Assembly: GCA_039930685.1 (NCBI GenBank)
Contig: JBDTTK010000001.1
Span: 1 to 38,275, forward strand
Source of the DNA: Bryobacteraceae bacterium
GTDB taxonomy: Bacteria; Acidobacteriota; Terriglobia; Bryobacterales; Bryobacteraceae
Direction: 5' to 3'
DNA: 38,275 bases
The notes beneath the pieces were generated by a model, which saw only the letters and a program-made list of their open reading frames with translations, did not search any database and was not told where the DNA came from. Of this stretch, positions 16,849-25,992 are shown one piece after another. How positions within the stretch are numbered: position 1 is the stretch's first letter; the number at the start of each line of letters is the position of its first letter. A program made the translations under genes and the position numbers.

Positions 16849-17766
16849 ATGAGTGTCCTGATGACGGGCCGTTTGGGAATGCTCCTCCTGCTGGCGGTCC
16901 CTGCCTTTGCGCAAACCAAAGGGATTGGGGACATTTCGTTTTCCGTGCCCGAGGGCTACACCTACGAGTTCAAGCCGGGCGACGATCACGCGACGATGGG
17001 TTTCATTGCCGGGCAGACGTTCTGCGTTGTGGTGATCTATCGGGCCATGCCATCGAGCGGGAATGCCGAAGGGGATTTCAAGGCCATTTGGACGCGGTTG
17101 CTGAGCAAGAGCGCCGGACCGGGGCTGCCGAATCCGATCTACGACTTCCAGTCGCAAGTTGGCTATCAGGGGAAGCAGAGCGGATCGCCAAGTGTCGATG
17201 GGCGCACCTACCTTTGGCTGTACACGCTTGAATCCGGGCAGGGAGTGATTCCGATTGTCGTGTTAACAACGGGGCGGGTGATGTTCGACCAGCAGCAAGC
17301 GGTGGTGAAGCGATTCGCGGAAGGGGTCCGGCAGGGGCCGGTGGAGGCGCAGGCAGCGAAGACCACGATCCATGTCGCAGATCTCGCCGGAGAATGGCGG
17401 CACGGCGCGAGTAGCGTCGCCGACTATGTGAACCGATCCACGGGAGCGTTCTCCTCGACGTCAACGGTCTTCTACGGAGAGACCTATGAGATCGCCGCCG
17501 ACGGCCGTTACACGTACCGCTTTCAGGGCCGCGCCAACAATCACACGGTACGCGAGGGGAGCAGCGGGGTGGTCGAGATGGGCGGCGAATTCGTGGTGTT
17601 CCGCGACATTCCGGGTACGCGAGTGCGGAAATATCGCTTCATCAACTATCAACCCGCAATTGGCGGGTCGACGGTCTTGACGCTGCTGCCGAGCGATTAT
17701 CCAGTGAACAGTTCGAACCTGGGGCTTTACGGCGAGCAGTGGGTGCGCGCGGCAACCGGCAAGTAG
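16849..17766 (+). CDS. Secreted protein of unknown function
   Basis: Track ORF 16777..17766. The internal ATG at 16849 gives a canonical signal peptide, MSVLMTGRLGMLLLLAVPAFAQ. I recognise no family motif. Confidence 0.6.
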   Translation: MSVLMTGRLGMLLLLAVPAFAQTKGIGDISFSVPEGYTYEFKPGDDHATMGFIAGQTFCVVVIYRAMPSSGNAEGDFKAIWTRLLSKSAGPGLPNPIYDFQSQVGYQGKQSGSPSVDGRTYLWLYTLESGQGVIPIVVLTTGRVMFDQQQAVVKRFAEGVRQGPVEAQAAKTTIHVADLAGEWRHGASSVADYVNRSTGAFSSTSTVFYGETYEIAADGRYTYRFQGRANNHTVREGSSGVVEMGGEFVVFRDIPGTRVRKYRFINYQPAIGGSTVLTLLPSDYPVNSSNLGLYGEQWVRAATGK

Positions 17767-17857
17767 GTGCGGGAAGCGCGCGGCGCGGGCCGTCCGGTTT
17801 CCAGTACAGTCTTCTATGCGGACGGGTTAGGACTCGGCGATCCGCGTGGAGTGACTG

Positions 17858-19237
17858 GTGATGAAAACCGGGGTGGTGGCGGGTCCGCCTGAAGCAGGCG
17901 GGCTGAACGGGTACTTACTCAAGAGCACGGTTGTGGCGGCGCTCGGCGGCTTGCTGTTCGGCTTCGATACGGCGGTGATCGCGGGAACGACGCGCGATCT
18001 GACGGCCGTCTTCCAATTGACTCCGGGGTCGCTGGGGCTCACGGTTGCAAGCGCGCTATGGGGAACCATCGTGGGTGCGCTGCTCGCGGGGATTCCAGGC
18101 GACCGGTACGGCCGACGGGACAGCCTGCGGGCGATGGCGGTGCTGTATGTGCTGTCGGCGTGCGGGTCTGCGGTGGCGTGGGATTGGTATTCGCTGGTGT
18201 TCTTCCGATTCATCGGAGGCCTGGGGATCGGCGGATCGTCGGTGCTCGGTCCGATGTATATCGCGGAGATCGCTCCGGCGAAGTGGCGGGGGCGGCTGGT
18301 GGGATTCTTCCAGTTCAACGTGGTGTTCGGCATTCTGCTCGCGTACTTCTCGAACTACCTGCTCGGCGAGATGCAGCTTGGCGCGGCGGAATGGCGATGG
18401 AAGCTGGGCGTGTCGGCCGGACCGGCCTTGCTGTTCCTGTTGATGCTGGTGACCATTCCCCGGAGCCCGAGGTGGCTGGCAAAACAGCAAAGGGTGCCGG
18501 AGGCGCGGGAGGTCCTGCGGCTGATCGGCGAGCCGGAGTACGAGCGGGAACTGACCGAGATTGTGCGGTCGATCGATGCGGAACACGGTCATGCGAGCGA
18601 GGCGCTGTTCACGCGGAAGCATCGGCTGCCGATTTTTCTCGCGGTGTCGATCGGAATGTTCAATCAGCTTTCGGGGATCAACGCGATCCTGTATTACCTG
18701 AACGACATCTTCCAGCGAGCCGGATTCGACAAGGTATCGGGAGACTTGCAGGCGGTGGCGGTAGGGGGTACCAACCTGCTGTTCACGATGATCGCGATGT
18801 CGATCATCGACCGGGTGGGACGAAGGACGCTGTTGCTGATAGGGTCGGTGGGAACGGCGGCGTGCCTCGGAGGCGTGGCGGCGATTTTCATCTCGGGTAC
18901 CAATGGGCACCTGCTGATCTGGCTGCTGATCGGCTACATCGCGTTCTTCGCGTTTTCGCAGGGAGCGGTGATCTGGGTGTATATCAGCGAGGTGTTTCCC
19001 AATGCGGTCCGGGCGAAGGGGCTGAGCCTGGGTAGCTTCACGCACTGGTTCATGAACGCGCTGATTTCGGGGCTCTTTCCGTTAATGGCGGCGGCGTCGG
19101 GCGGGATTCCGTTCGTGTTTTTCGCGGCGATGATGGCGGTCCAGTTCTTTGTGGTGTTCGCGATCTATCCGGAGACGAAGGGCGTTTCGCTTGAGGAGAT
19201 GCAGGCGAAGCTGGAGGCGGGTCCGGATTTCACTTAG
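17858..19237 (+). CDS. MFS sugar porter family transporter (sugar or inositol:H+ symporter type)
   Basis: 12-TM profile. Motifs GRRDSL (loop 2-3), PRSPRWL (PESPRWL motif) and PETKGVSLEEM. Start is GTG 17858 or ATG 17861. Confidence 0.9.
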   Translation: MMKTGVVAGPPEAGGLNGYLLKSTVVAALGGLLFGFDTAVIAGTTRDLTAVFQLTPGSLGLTVASALWGTIVGALLAGIPGDRYGRRDSLRAMAVLYVLSACGSAVAWDWYSLVFFRFIGGLGIGGSSVLGPMYIAEIAPAKWRGRLVGFFQFNVVFGILLAYFSNYLLGEMQLGAAEWRWKLGVSAGPALLFLLMLVTIPRSPRWLAKQQRVPEAREVLRLIGEPEYERELTEIVRSIDAEHGHASEALFTRKHRLPIFLAVSIGMFNQLSGINAILYYLNDIFQRAGFDKVSGDLQAVAVGGTNLLFTMIAMSIIDRVGRRTLLLIGSVGTAACLGGVAAIFISGTNGHLLIWLLIGYIAFFAFSQGAVIWVYISEVFPNAVRAKGLSLGSFTHWFMNALISGLFPLMAAASGGIPFVFFAAMMAVQFFVVFAIYPETKGVSLEEMQAKLEAGPDFT

Positions 19238-19316
19238 GCCCAAAACTTCCCCGGCAGAGGGGACAGTCCCCGTAAAACAGGCAAAGGGCTGATATCATTT
19301 TCGCGGGAGTACGCCA

Positions 19317-20570
19317 ATGTCGTTGAATCGTCGTGAGTTGATCGCGGGAGCGGCGCTGGGCGCGTCGGTGCGGACCGGGTTTGCGGCACGGTCCGCGTAT
19401 ACGGCCAAGCCGAAGACGGGTCCGTCGATGGAGGAGCTGGAGCGGGCGGCGGCGCTGCCGGTGTTGAAGCGCGACGGGTTGGACAAGCCGGTCGTCATTC
19501 GGTCCGTCGAGTTGCTCAAGCAAGACAAAGATTACTTCGTCCGGGTCCGGTCGGCCGACGGCGCGGAAGGCGTTTCGGTCTGCAATCCGCCGCGCGCGGA
19601 TTACCTCGACCGAATCTTCAAGGACCTGGTGGCGCCGGTGTTTCTCAAGAAGGACGCTCGCGATCTCGAGGACCTGCTGTGGCAATGTTACCGGCATGGC
19701 GACAACTACAAGTTGTACGGCATTGCGCTGTGGAGTCCGCTGGCGTGGGTCGAGATGGCCGTGCTCGACATGCTGGGGCGGATCAACGGAAAGCCGATCG
19801 GGCAATTGATCGGCGACGTGCGGCGCAAGGACATTGCGGTGTATGTGGCGAGCGGGCGGCGTGATTCCACGCCATCGCAGGAGATCGAGTACCTGCAGTC
19901 GCTGGTCGAGCAGTCGAAGGCAAAGGCATTGAAGTTCCGGGTCGGCGGACGCATGAGCCGCAATGCGGATGCCATGCCGGGGCGAACGGAGACGCTGATT
20001 CCGCTGGTGCGGAAGACGTTCGGCGACAGCTTCGATCTGCACGCGGATTCGAATTCAAGCTACGACCCGGCGCATGCGATTCCGGTGGGGCGGATGCTTG
20101 AAGACAACGGCTATGTGTATTACGAAGAGCCGTGCGAGTTCGACGCGTTGGGCGACACGAAGAAGGTGCGGGATGCGCTGGCGATTCCGATTGCGCAGGG
20201 GGAGCAGGAATATAGCGAGTGGCGTTTCCGGTGGTCGATTGCGAATCGGGTGCAGGACATCGTGCAGCCGGATCTGTTTTATTACGGCGGCCTGATCCGG
20301 TCCATGCGCGTGGCACGGATGGCGGCGGTGGCGAAGATGCCGACGACGTGCCACATTTCGGGCGGGTTCGGGTTCGTGTACATGCTGCATTTCGCGAGCG
20401 TGGTTCCGGATATCGGAAAGTATCAGGAATACAAGCTGGGAATGGAGAAATACGGAGGATGGTTCGATCCACCGATCGCAGTGAAGGACGGGCGGATGAG
20501 CGTTCCGAAGGGTCCGGGGGTCGGGATCAAGGACCCGGCGGGGTTGTTAAAGGGAGCTAAGATGGTGTAA
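19317..20570 (+). CDS. Enolase-superfamily enzyme (mandelate racemase/muconate lactonizing family) with a predicted Tat signal peptide
   Basis: N-terminus MSLNRRELIAGAALGASVRTGFAA (twin-Arg plus hydrophobic region). Metal-ligand blocks LHADSNSSYD, YYEEPC and AQGEQE, and DIVQPD. Confidence 0.85.
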   Translation: MSLNRRELIAGAALGASVRTGFAARSAYTAKPKTGPSMEELERAAALPVLKRDGLDKPVVIRSVELLKQDKDYFVRVRSADGAEGVSVCNPPRADYLDRIFKDLVAPVFLKKDARDLEDLLWQCYRHGDNYKLYGIALWSPLAWVEMAVLDMLGRINGKPIGQLIGDVRRKDIAVYVASGRRDSTPSQEIEYLQSLVEQSKAKALKFRVGGRMSRNADAMPGRTETLIPLVRKTFGDSFDLHADSNSSYDPAHAIPVGRMLEDNGYVYYEEPCEFDALGDTKKVRDALAIPIAQGEQEYSEWRFRWSIANRVQDIVQPDLFYYGGLIRSMRVARMAAVAKMPTTCHISGGFGFVYMLHFASVVPDIGKYQEYKLGMEKYGGWFDPPIAVKDGRMSVPKGPGVGIKDPAGLLKGAKMV

Positions 20571-20721
20571 ATACTGCCGAAAGACCGGGATCTCCCGGAA
20601 TTCGGCGAGCCTATCCGCCATCTGGACGTCGGGCTCAACGCGTTAAACCCTTGTACCAGGACTTATTAGAATTTTTCCCCGACGAAATTCCCGAAACAAT
20701 TCCTGACCGGTTAGTATCTTC

Positions 20722-23700
20722 GTGACGATGGCGATCTCGAAGGCACTATCTTCACTTGCAGTTGGTTTTAGCATTTTCTTCTTGATGACCGCGTCGGCGG
20801 TGGGAGCTACTCCGCCGAGAGCATCAGGGCTGGATGCGATCCGCTTCGAACCGCAAAACAATGCGGGCAGGCCCGCGACGTTCATGGCGCGGCGAAACGG
20901 ATTCACCGTGTCGCTGGACGGCCGCGGCGTCGAAATCCGATCGGCGAACGCCGCGCCGATCCGTATCGCCTTTGAAGGCGCGAATGGGAATGTCACGCCC
21001 ACGACGATGACCCGCCTACCCGGCGTGAGCAACTACATTATCGGGAAAACGCCGTCGCAGTGGCGCCTGAACGTGCCGAATTTCTCGGGCGTACGATACG
21101 CCGGGATCTACAAGGGAATCGATCTGGTTTTCTATGGCAACGGAGACGAACTCGAGTACGACTGGGTTGTTGCGAGCGGAGCGGACCTTTCGCAGATCCG
21201 AATGAAGGTGGAAGGCGCGCGATCGGTGAAAGCGGATGGCGCAGGAAATCTTCTGATCGACACGACTTCGGGACAACTGCGGCAAAAGAGGCCGGTTATT
21301 TATCAAGAGTCGGGCGGCGGGCGAATCCAAGTTGACGGTCGATTCCACGTGGTCGACGGGAACGAAATCCGATTCGCAGTCGCGAAGTACGACCGGTCGA
21401 AGGAACTGGTCATCGATCCAACGCTGGTGTATTCGACTTACGCCGGCGGCAACGTGCTCGACGTAATCCGAGGAGTCGCGGTGGACGGAAGCGGCAGCAT
21501 GTACCTCACGGGGTACACGCTGTCGACTGTGTTCCCTTACGCGTCCGCGACTCCTCCGGGCGGAGGTGACGTGTTCGTCGCGAAGCTGGCGGCGGACGGG
21601 CAGACGCGCCTGTACACGACGTATATCGGCGGAAACGCAGCGGAGGACGCGGGCGGGATCGCGGTCGATGCAAACGGCAACGCCTACATATCCGGATATA
21701 CGAAGTCGGATGATTTCCCGTCGTCGAATGCGTCCTACAATCCGTCGTCGAACTTCACGGATGCATTCGTCGTCAAGCTGAACTCAGCCGGCGTGCTTTC
21801 GTATGGCCGACGCCTGGGCGGGGCGGGTGGCTCGTCCGCAGGCCGAGCAATCGCCATCAACAGTGTTGGCAATGCGTTCGTGGCAGGGGAGACTTCCACG
21901 GCCTCGTTTTCGCTCGCCTCCGCGCTGTACCCCACTTATGGCGGCAATACCGACGCCTTTGTCGCCAAGGTTGCGACGGACGGCGCCTCGTTGGTTTATT
22001 CCACCTACCTTGGAGGTAGTTCGTCCGACTTCGGAAGCGCAATCGCCGTGGATAGCAGCGGAAACGCAGTGGTCGGAGGCAGTTCGTCGTCGACGAATTT
22101 CCCGGCAACGGGAACTGGGCCGACGAGCGCGCCTTTCGTGGAGGGATACGTTACGAAGATCGCATCGGACGGGAGCGCCGCAACCTATTCGAAGTGGACA
22201 TCCGCCGATTTCGTAAACGCCGTCGCGATCGACGCCAGCGGCAACGCCTACGTCACAGGTTACGCCCGGCCGTCCGCGGCCTGGAGTTCACGGCATCTTA
22301 ACGCTACGCAGTCGGGCGCCCTGGGCGTGTTCGCCTTCGCCATGAAGCTTACGACGGCGGGGGCGATCACTTACGCGGATCTGCTGTCGCCAGCCAGCTT
22401 CGGAGCAGCCGTTGCTGTGGATACCAGTGGAAACGCCTATGTCGCTGGCGCGGTGGCTGGATCCCAGTACCTATGGGCTCTGGTGAACCCTGTTCAGGGT
22501 CCCGAGGTTTCAGACGCCTCGGGCGGCTTTCTGGTGAAGCTGTCGCCGGACGGCGCGACATTCCTGTTCTCGACCCTGTTGTCCGCCCGCTTGCAGGACC
22601 CCGGGGCATTCTACGTCTCGGGTGTGGCTGCGAACCCCACATCGGGCGTCGCCTATGTAGTTGGATCGACCCAAGCCAAGGATTTGCCGCTGGCGAATCC
22701 ATTCCAGGCCGTCAATGGCGCGTCGATCCTTTCGGGCTTTCTGTCGGTGATCGATACAACAGGATGCTCTCCGTCGGTCGCCGGCCCTACCGTGCCTCTA
22801 GCCGTCGGCGCCGGCACTCTGACGGTACAAATATCGGCTCCGGCCGGCTGCGCCTGGACGGTGCCGTCGAGCGTTCCGTGGATCCATCTGACCAGTGCGG
22901 CAAGCGGATCCGGAAACGGTTCAGCGACGTACTCGGTGGACGCAAATGGTGGGGCCGCTCCGCGGTACGGCCATCTGGTCGCAGCTGGGCACGTCCTGGC
23001 CATCTCGCAATTAGGGACGGCGTGCTCGTATTCGGTGAACCCACTCTATGTCGCAACCAATCTGTTCGGCGGCAGCGGCTCGTTCCTGATGGATACACAG
23101 GCGGGCTGTCAATGGACCCTGACTAGCCAGGTCGGCTGGCCAACGGTCAGCCCGAGCCAGGGAACCGGACCGACGACGATTGCATATGTCGCGGACCCGG
23201 AGCTAGTCAACACGGCGGGTGGACGGAACTACACCTATAGCCTTCCCGACGGCGGCACGATGACATTCTCAGAGTCGAGCGCTCCGCTCCCGCAGACGGT
23301 GGCGCCTCATAGCGCGTTCCCCGCGACCGGAAGCGGCACCTCGAAAGCGTTTGCGTTCAAGTTTTACGATCCGAACGGGGCCCAGGACTTCGGCGTCTTG
23401 AACATTCTATTGAATGGGGCATTGGACGGAAGGCAGGCGTGCTATCTGGCTTACAGCGCGCCGTCAAAGGTTCTCTATCTGGTGACGGATACGGGAGATG
23501 GGCTGATTCCAGGCAGTGTGACGAGTGCTGGAAGCGTGAGCAATGGCAACTGCCAGGTCTCCTGGAGCGGCGGACCGGACACCGCTCCGGGCTCGACCGT
23601 ATACGTGAATGGCAATATGCTTACCCTCAACCTGACGCTCACATTCCAGCCGTCATTCCAAGGCGACAAGATCTTCTATCTGGCGGGACGAACGGTCGCG

Positions 23701-24210
23701 GAAGTAACTTCCGGGTGGCAAGTCATGGGGACGTTCCGGGTAACGGGTCCGACACCGAATCCGGTGATTTCACTCGGGACGATGTCCCCGGCACGCGGAG
23801 TCAGTTACAAGGTCAGCTCCCAGACGTTGAAGTTCAATGTGACCGACACAAGCGGATTAGGGGATCTCGGTGTAACCAACATTCTGATTAACACCGCCCT
23901 GGACGCGCGTCAGGCATGCTTCATGGCCTACAGCCGGCCGCAAAACGTTCTTTATCTGGCCGACGATGCGGGTACAGGCTTGTTGCCTTCTGTTTCTCTG
24001 GGAGCGATCGGGTCGGTCGCAAATTCGCAATGCATGGTGACATGGTCGACCAACGCCGCGGTTGCGAGCGGAAATACCCTGACGCTGACTTTGACCTTCT
24101 CTTTCGCTTCGGCGTTCAAGAACGAGATGCTGGTGTATGCAGCGGCGCGAGATCAGAACGAACAAAAGAATACCGGCTGGGTGCCGGTCGGATCCTGGTG
24201 GTTGCAATAA
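20722..24210 (+). CDS. Large secreted multi-domain protein: N-terminal DUF7948-like domain, SBBP-type beta-propeller repeats, two BACON-like modules, two tandem unassigned C-terminal domains
   Basis: 1162 aa with a signal-like N-terminus (LAVGFSIFFLMTASAVGA). There are more than 6 repeats of the type Y.TYLGG...D.G.AIAVD..GNAYV.G.T.S..FP...DAFVAKL. The CxWT-containing modules (GCAWTVPSSVPWIHL, GCQWTLTSQVGWPTV) resemble BACON domains. ATG 20728 is an alternative start. Confidence 0.85.
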   Translation: MTMAISKALSSLAVGFSIFFLMTASAVGATPPRASGLDAIRFEPQNNAGRPATFMARRNGFTVSLDGRGVEIRSANAAPIRIAFEGANGNVTPTTMTRLPGVSNYIIGKTPSQWRLNVPNFSGVRYAGIYKGIDLVFYGNGDELEYDWVVASGADLSQIRMKVEGARSVKADGAGNLLIDTTSGQLRQKRPVIYQESGGGRIQVDGRFHVVDGNEIRFAVAKYDRSKELVIDPTLVYSTYAGGNVLDVIRGVAVDGSGSMYLTGYTLSTVFPYASATPPGGGDVFVAKLAADGQTRLYTTYIGGNAAEDAGGIAVDANGNAYISGYTKSDDFPSSNASYNPSSNFTDAFVVKLNSAGVLSYGRRLGGAGGSSAGRAIAINSVGNAFVAGETSTASFSLASALYPTYGGNTDAFVAKVATDGASLVYSTYLGGSSSDFGSAIAVDSSGNAVVGGSSSSTNFPATGTGPTSAPFVEGYVTKIASDGSAATYSKWTSADFVNAVAIDASGNAYVTGYARPSAAWSSRHLNATQSGALGVFAFAMKLTTAGAITYADLLSPASFGAAVAVDTSGNAYVAGAVAGSQYLWALVNPVQGPEVSDASGGFLVKLSPDGATFLFSTLLSARLQDPGAFYVSGVAANPTSGVAYVVGSTQAKDLPLANPFQAVNGASILSGFLSVIDTTGCSPSVAGPTVPLAVGAGTLTVQISAPAGCAWTVPSSVPWIHLTSAASGSGNGSATYSVDANGGAAPRYGHLVAAGHVLAISQLGTACSYSVNPLYVATNLFGGSGSFLMDTQAGCQWTLTSQVGWPTVSPSQGTGPTTIAYVADPELVNTAGGRNYTYSLPDGGTMTFSESSAPLPQTVAPHSAFPATGSGTSKAFAFKFYDPNGAQDFGVLNILLNGALDGRQACYLAYSAPSKVLYLVTDTGDGLIPGSVTSAGSVSNGNCQVSWSGGPDTAPGSTVYVNGNMLTLNLTLTFQPSFQGDKIFYLAGRTVAEVTSGWQVMGTFRVTGPTPNPVISLGTMSPARGVSYKVSSQTLKFNVTDTSGLGDLGVTNILINTALDARQACFMAYSRPQNVLYLADDAGTGLLPSVSLGAIGSVANSQCMVTWSTNAAVASGNTLTLTLTFSFASAFKNEMLVYAAARDQNEQKNTGWVPVGSWWLQ

Positions 24211-24218
24211 CAGCCAGT

Positions 24219-24249
24219 GATAGCGCTATCCGCCACGGGTAGCGCTATC
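24219..24249. terminator. Hairpin between convergent genes: GATAGCGCTA - 11-nt loop - TAGCGCTATC, followed by TTCT
   Basis: Perfect 10-bp stem read directly (24219-24228 pairs with 24240-24249), 9 nt after the SBBP gene stop. Each arm also contains the palindrome TAGCGCTA, so a protein-binding site is an alternative reading. The U-tract is weak. Confidence 0.35.
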
Positions 24250-24306
24250 TTCTAAAGCGGCGCCGGAGCCGCGATTCTAAATCTAGTCAAAGGCAAGCCG
24301 AATTCG

Positions 24307-24687
24307 TCAGGCGACGGCGGCCGCAACCCTGGCTAACTCAGCTTTGATGTAGAAGTCGAAGAGCGGTACAGGCTCGTTTCGGTCCCACCGGCACATCTGC
24401 CAGGCGGCGCGCAGATAGCGAACTCCAGGCTTGGCGCTGAGATCCAGGTATGCGGGGTAACTTCCGCAGTACGATTTCTTGGGGAAAGAAAACAACGGCT
24501 TCGATTCCCAAGTCTCGCCATCCGCCGAGCCATAGATGAAGATATTCAAGCACTCCTGCTCGACAATTCTTGTGATTCCCAGGGTCAATTGGATCGATTT
24601 CCCACGGACACTTCCGAGGTCGAATGCGGGACCCTCACCGCACTCTCTTGACTCCACATCAGGGAGAAGAAACGCTGGTAACATCAC
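24307..24687 (-). CDS. Small hypothetical protein (126 aa), no recognised family
   Basis: Intact ORF with a protein-like composition (W, C, Y, F, K rich; not the R/S/P-rich pattern of off-frame ORFs here). By eye its GC content is lower than the neighbours. It lies downstream of the aminotransferase on the same strand. Confidence 0.5.
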   Translation of the reverse strand: MMLPAFLLPDVESRECGEGPAFDLGSVRGKSIQLTLGITRIVEQECLNIFIYGSADGETWESKPLFSFPKKSYCGSYPAYLDLSAKPGVRYLRAAWQMCRWDRNEPVPLFDFYIKAELARVAAAVA

Positions 24688-24783
24688 AACCTCCCGAACT
24701 CACACTCGTTTCGCCGGGATCACCTACAGAGGTGCGCCACCCTACTGAGATACCGAACGGGGGCTACTCGTTTCAGGCGGACG

Positions 24784-25974
24784 TTACGCCCTCAATTTTG
24801 CCAGACGCTGCTCCGCCAATTCGAGAGTCTCATACTTTTTGCAAAAGCAGAAGCGAACAAATTGGGCCCCTTCTTTGGGGTCGGAAAAAAAGCTCGAGCC
24901 CGGGACCGCGGCTACGCCGGCCGTCTTGATCATGTGGTGAACAAAGGCGGTGTCGTTGTCGAAGCCGAAGTTCGAGATGTCGGTCATGATATAGTACGCG
25001 CCACCCGGCTTGAAGCACTTAAAGCCTGTTTTTTCAAGAATTTGAAGCATGCGATCGCGTTTGGCGGTGTAGTCGGTCGTCAGGCCGTCGTAGTAGCTGG
25101 GCGGCATGGCCAGGGCGGTAACGCCGGCTTGCTGGAGAGGCGCGGCGGCGCCGACCGTGACAAAGTCGTGAACCTTACGGATGGAATCGGTGAGATCGGG
25201 CGCCGCAAGGACCCAGCCAACCCGCCATCCGGTGACCGAATAGGTCTTGCTCATGCTGTTGATCAGAATGGCGTGATCGCGCATGCCTTCGACCTGGAGG
25301 ATCGGCACGTGCGTCGCGCCGTCGTACAGGATGTGCTCGTAAATCTCGTCGGTGATCGCGAGCGCGTCGTGTTCCCGGCAGAGGCTGCCGATGAATTCGA
25401 GTTCTTCGAGGTTGAAGACGCGGCCGGTGGGATTGTTCGGCGAATTGATGATGATGGCCTTGGTCTTTGAGTTGAAGGCGCGGCGGAGTTCCTCGCGGTC
25501 AAAGGTCCAATCCGGGGCGTAGAGCTTTACGAATTTCCGGGTGGCGCCGCAGAGCATCGCGTCGGGACCGTAGTTTTCGTAATAGGGTTCGAACACGATC
25601 AGTTCGTCGCCGGGGTCGGTGACGGCGAGGAGGGCGGAGATCATGCCTTCGGTCGCGCCGCAAACGACGGTGATTTCGCGTTCCGGATCGACGGTGATGC
25701 CGTAGTCGCGTTGATACTTTTCGGCGATGGCGTTGCGGAATGGTTTCGATCCCCAAGTGATCGCGTACTGATTGATGTCGTCGGCGATGGCCTTGGCGGC
25801 GGCGTCCTTGATGACTTGAGGAGCCGCGAAATCGGGGAAGCCCTGGGCTAAGTTGACGGCGTTGTTCGCCACGGCGAGGCGCGTCATTTCACGGATGACG
25901 GATTCGGTAAAGTCGCGCGTGCGTTCGCTTCGGAAGTGGGCGCGGTTAGCCGCAGCCGCCTGTACGGTGCTCAT
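24784..25974 (-). CDS. Class I/II PLP-dependent aminotransferase (kynurenine/methionine aminotransferase YbdL-like)
   Basis: 396 aa with the PLP-lysine block NSMSKTYSVTGWRVGW, plus NSPNNPTG and LAQGFPDF. Confidence 0.9.
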   Translation of the reverse strand: MSTVQAAAANRAHFRSERTRDFTESVIREMTRLAVANNAVNLAQGFPDFAAPQVIKDAAAKAIADDINQYAITWGSKPFRNAIAEKYQRDYGITVDPEREITVVCGATEGMISALLAVTDPGDELIVFEPYYENYGPDAMLCGATRKFVKLYAPDWTFDREELRRAFNSKTKAIIINSPNNPTGRVFNLEELEFIGSLCREHDALAITDEIYEHILYDGATHVPILQVEGMRDHAILINSMSKTYSVTGWRVGWVLAAPDLTDSIRKVHDFVTVGAAAPLQQAGVTALAMPPSYYDGLTTDYTAKRDRMLQILEKTGFKCFKPGGAYYIMTDISNFGFDNDTAFVHHMIKTAGVAAVPGSSFFSDPKEGAQFVRFCFCKKYETLELAEQRLAKLRA

Positions 25975-25992
25975 GGGAACAGCGTACTACTG

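Noticed and set aside
18056-19045. 329-aa minus-strand and 325-aa plus-strand ORFs overlapping the MFS transporter
   Set aside because: Both are alternative frames of the sugar-porter gene, which has the GRR, PESPRWL and PETKG motifs. Their translations are R/P/H-rich and non-membrane-like.
19238-19316. Alternative CCCC/GGGG hairpins (CCCCGGCAGAGGGGACAGTCCCC) after the MFS gene as a terminator or attenuator
   Set aside because: The stems are only 4 bp and there is no U-tract. This is too weak to call.
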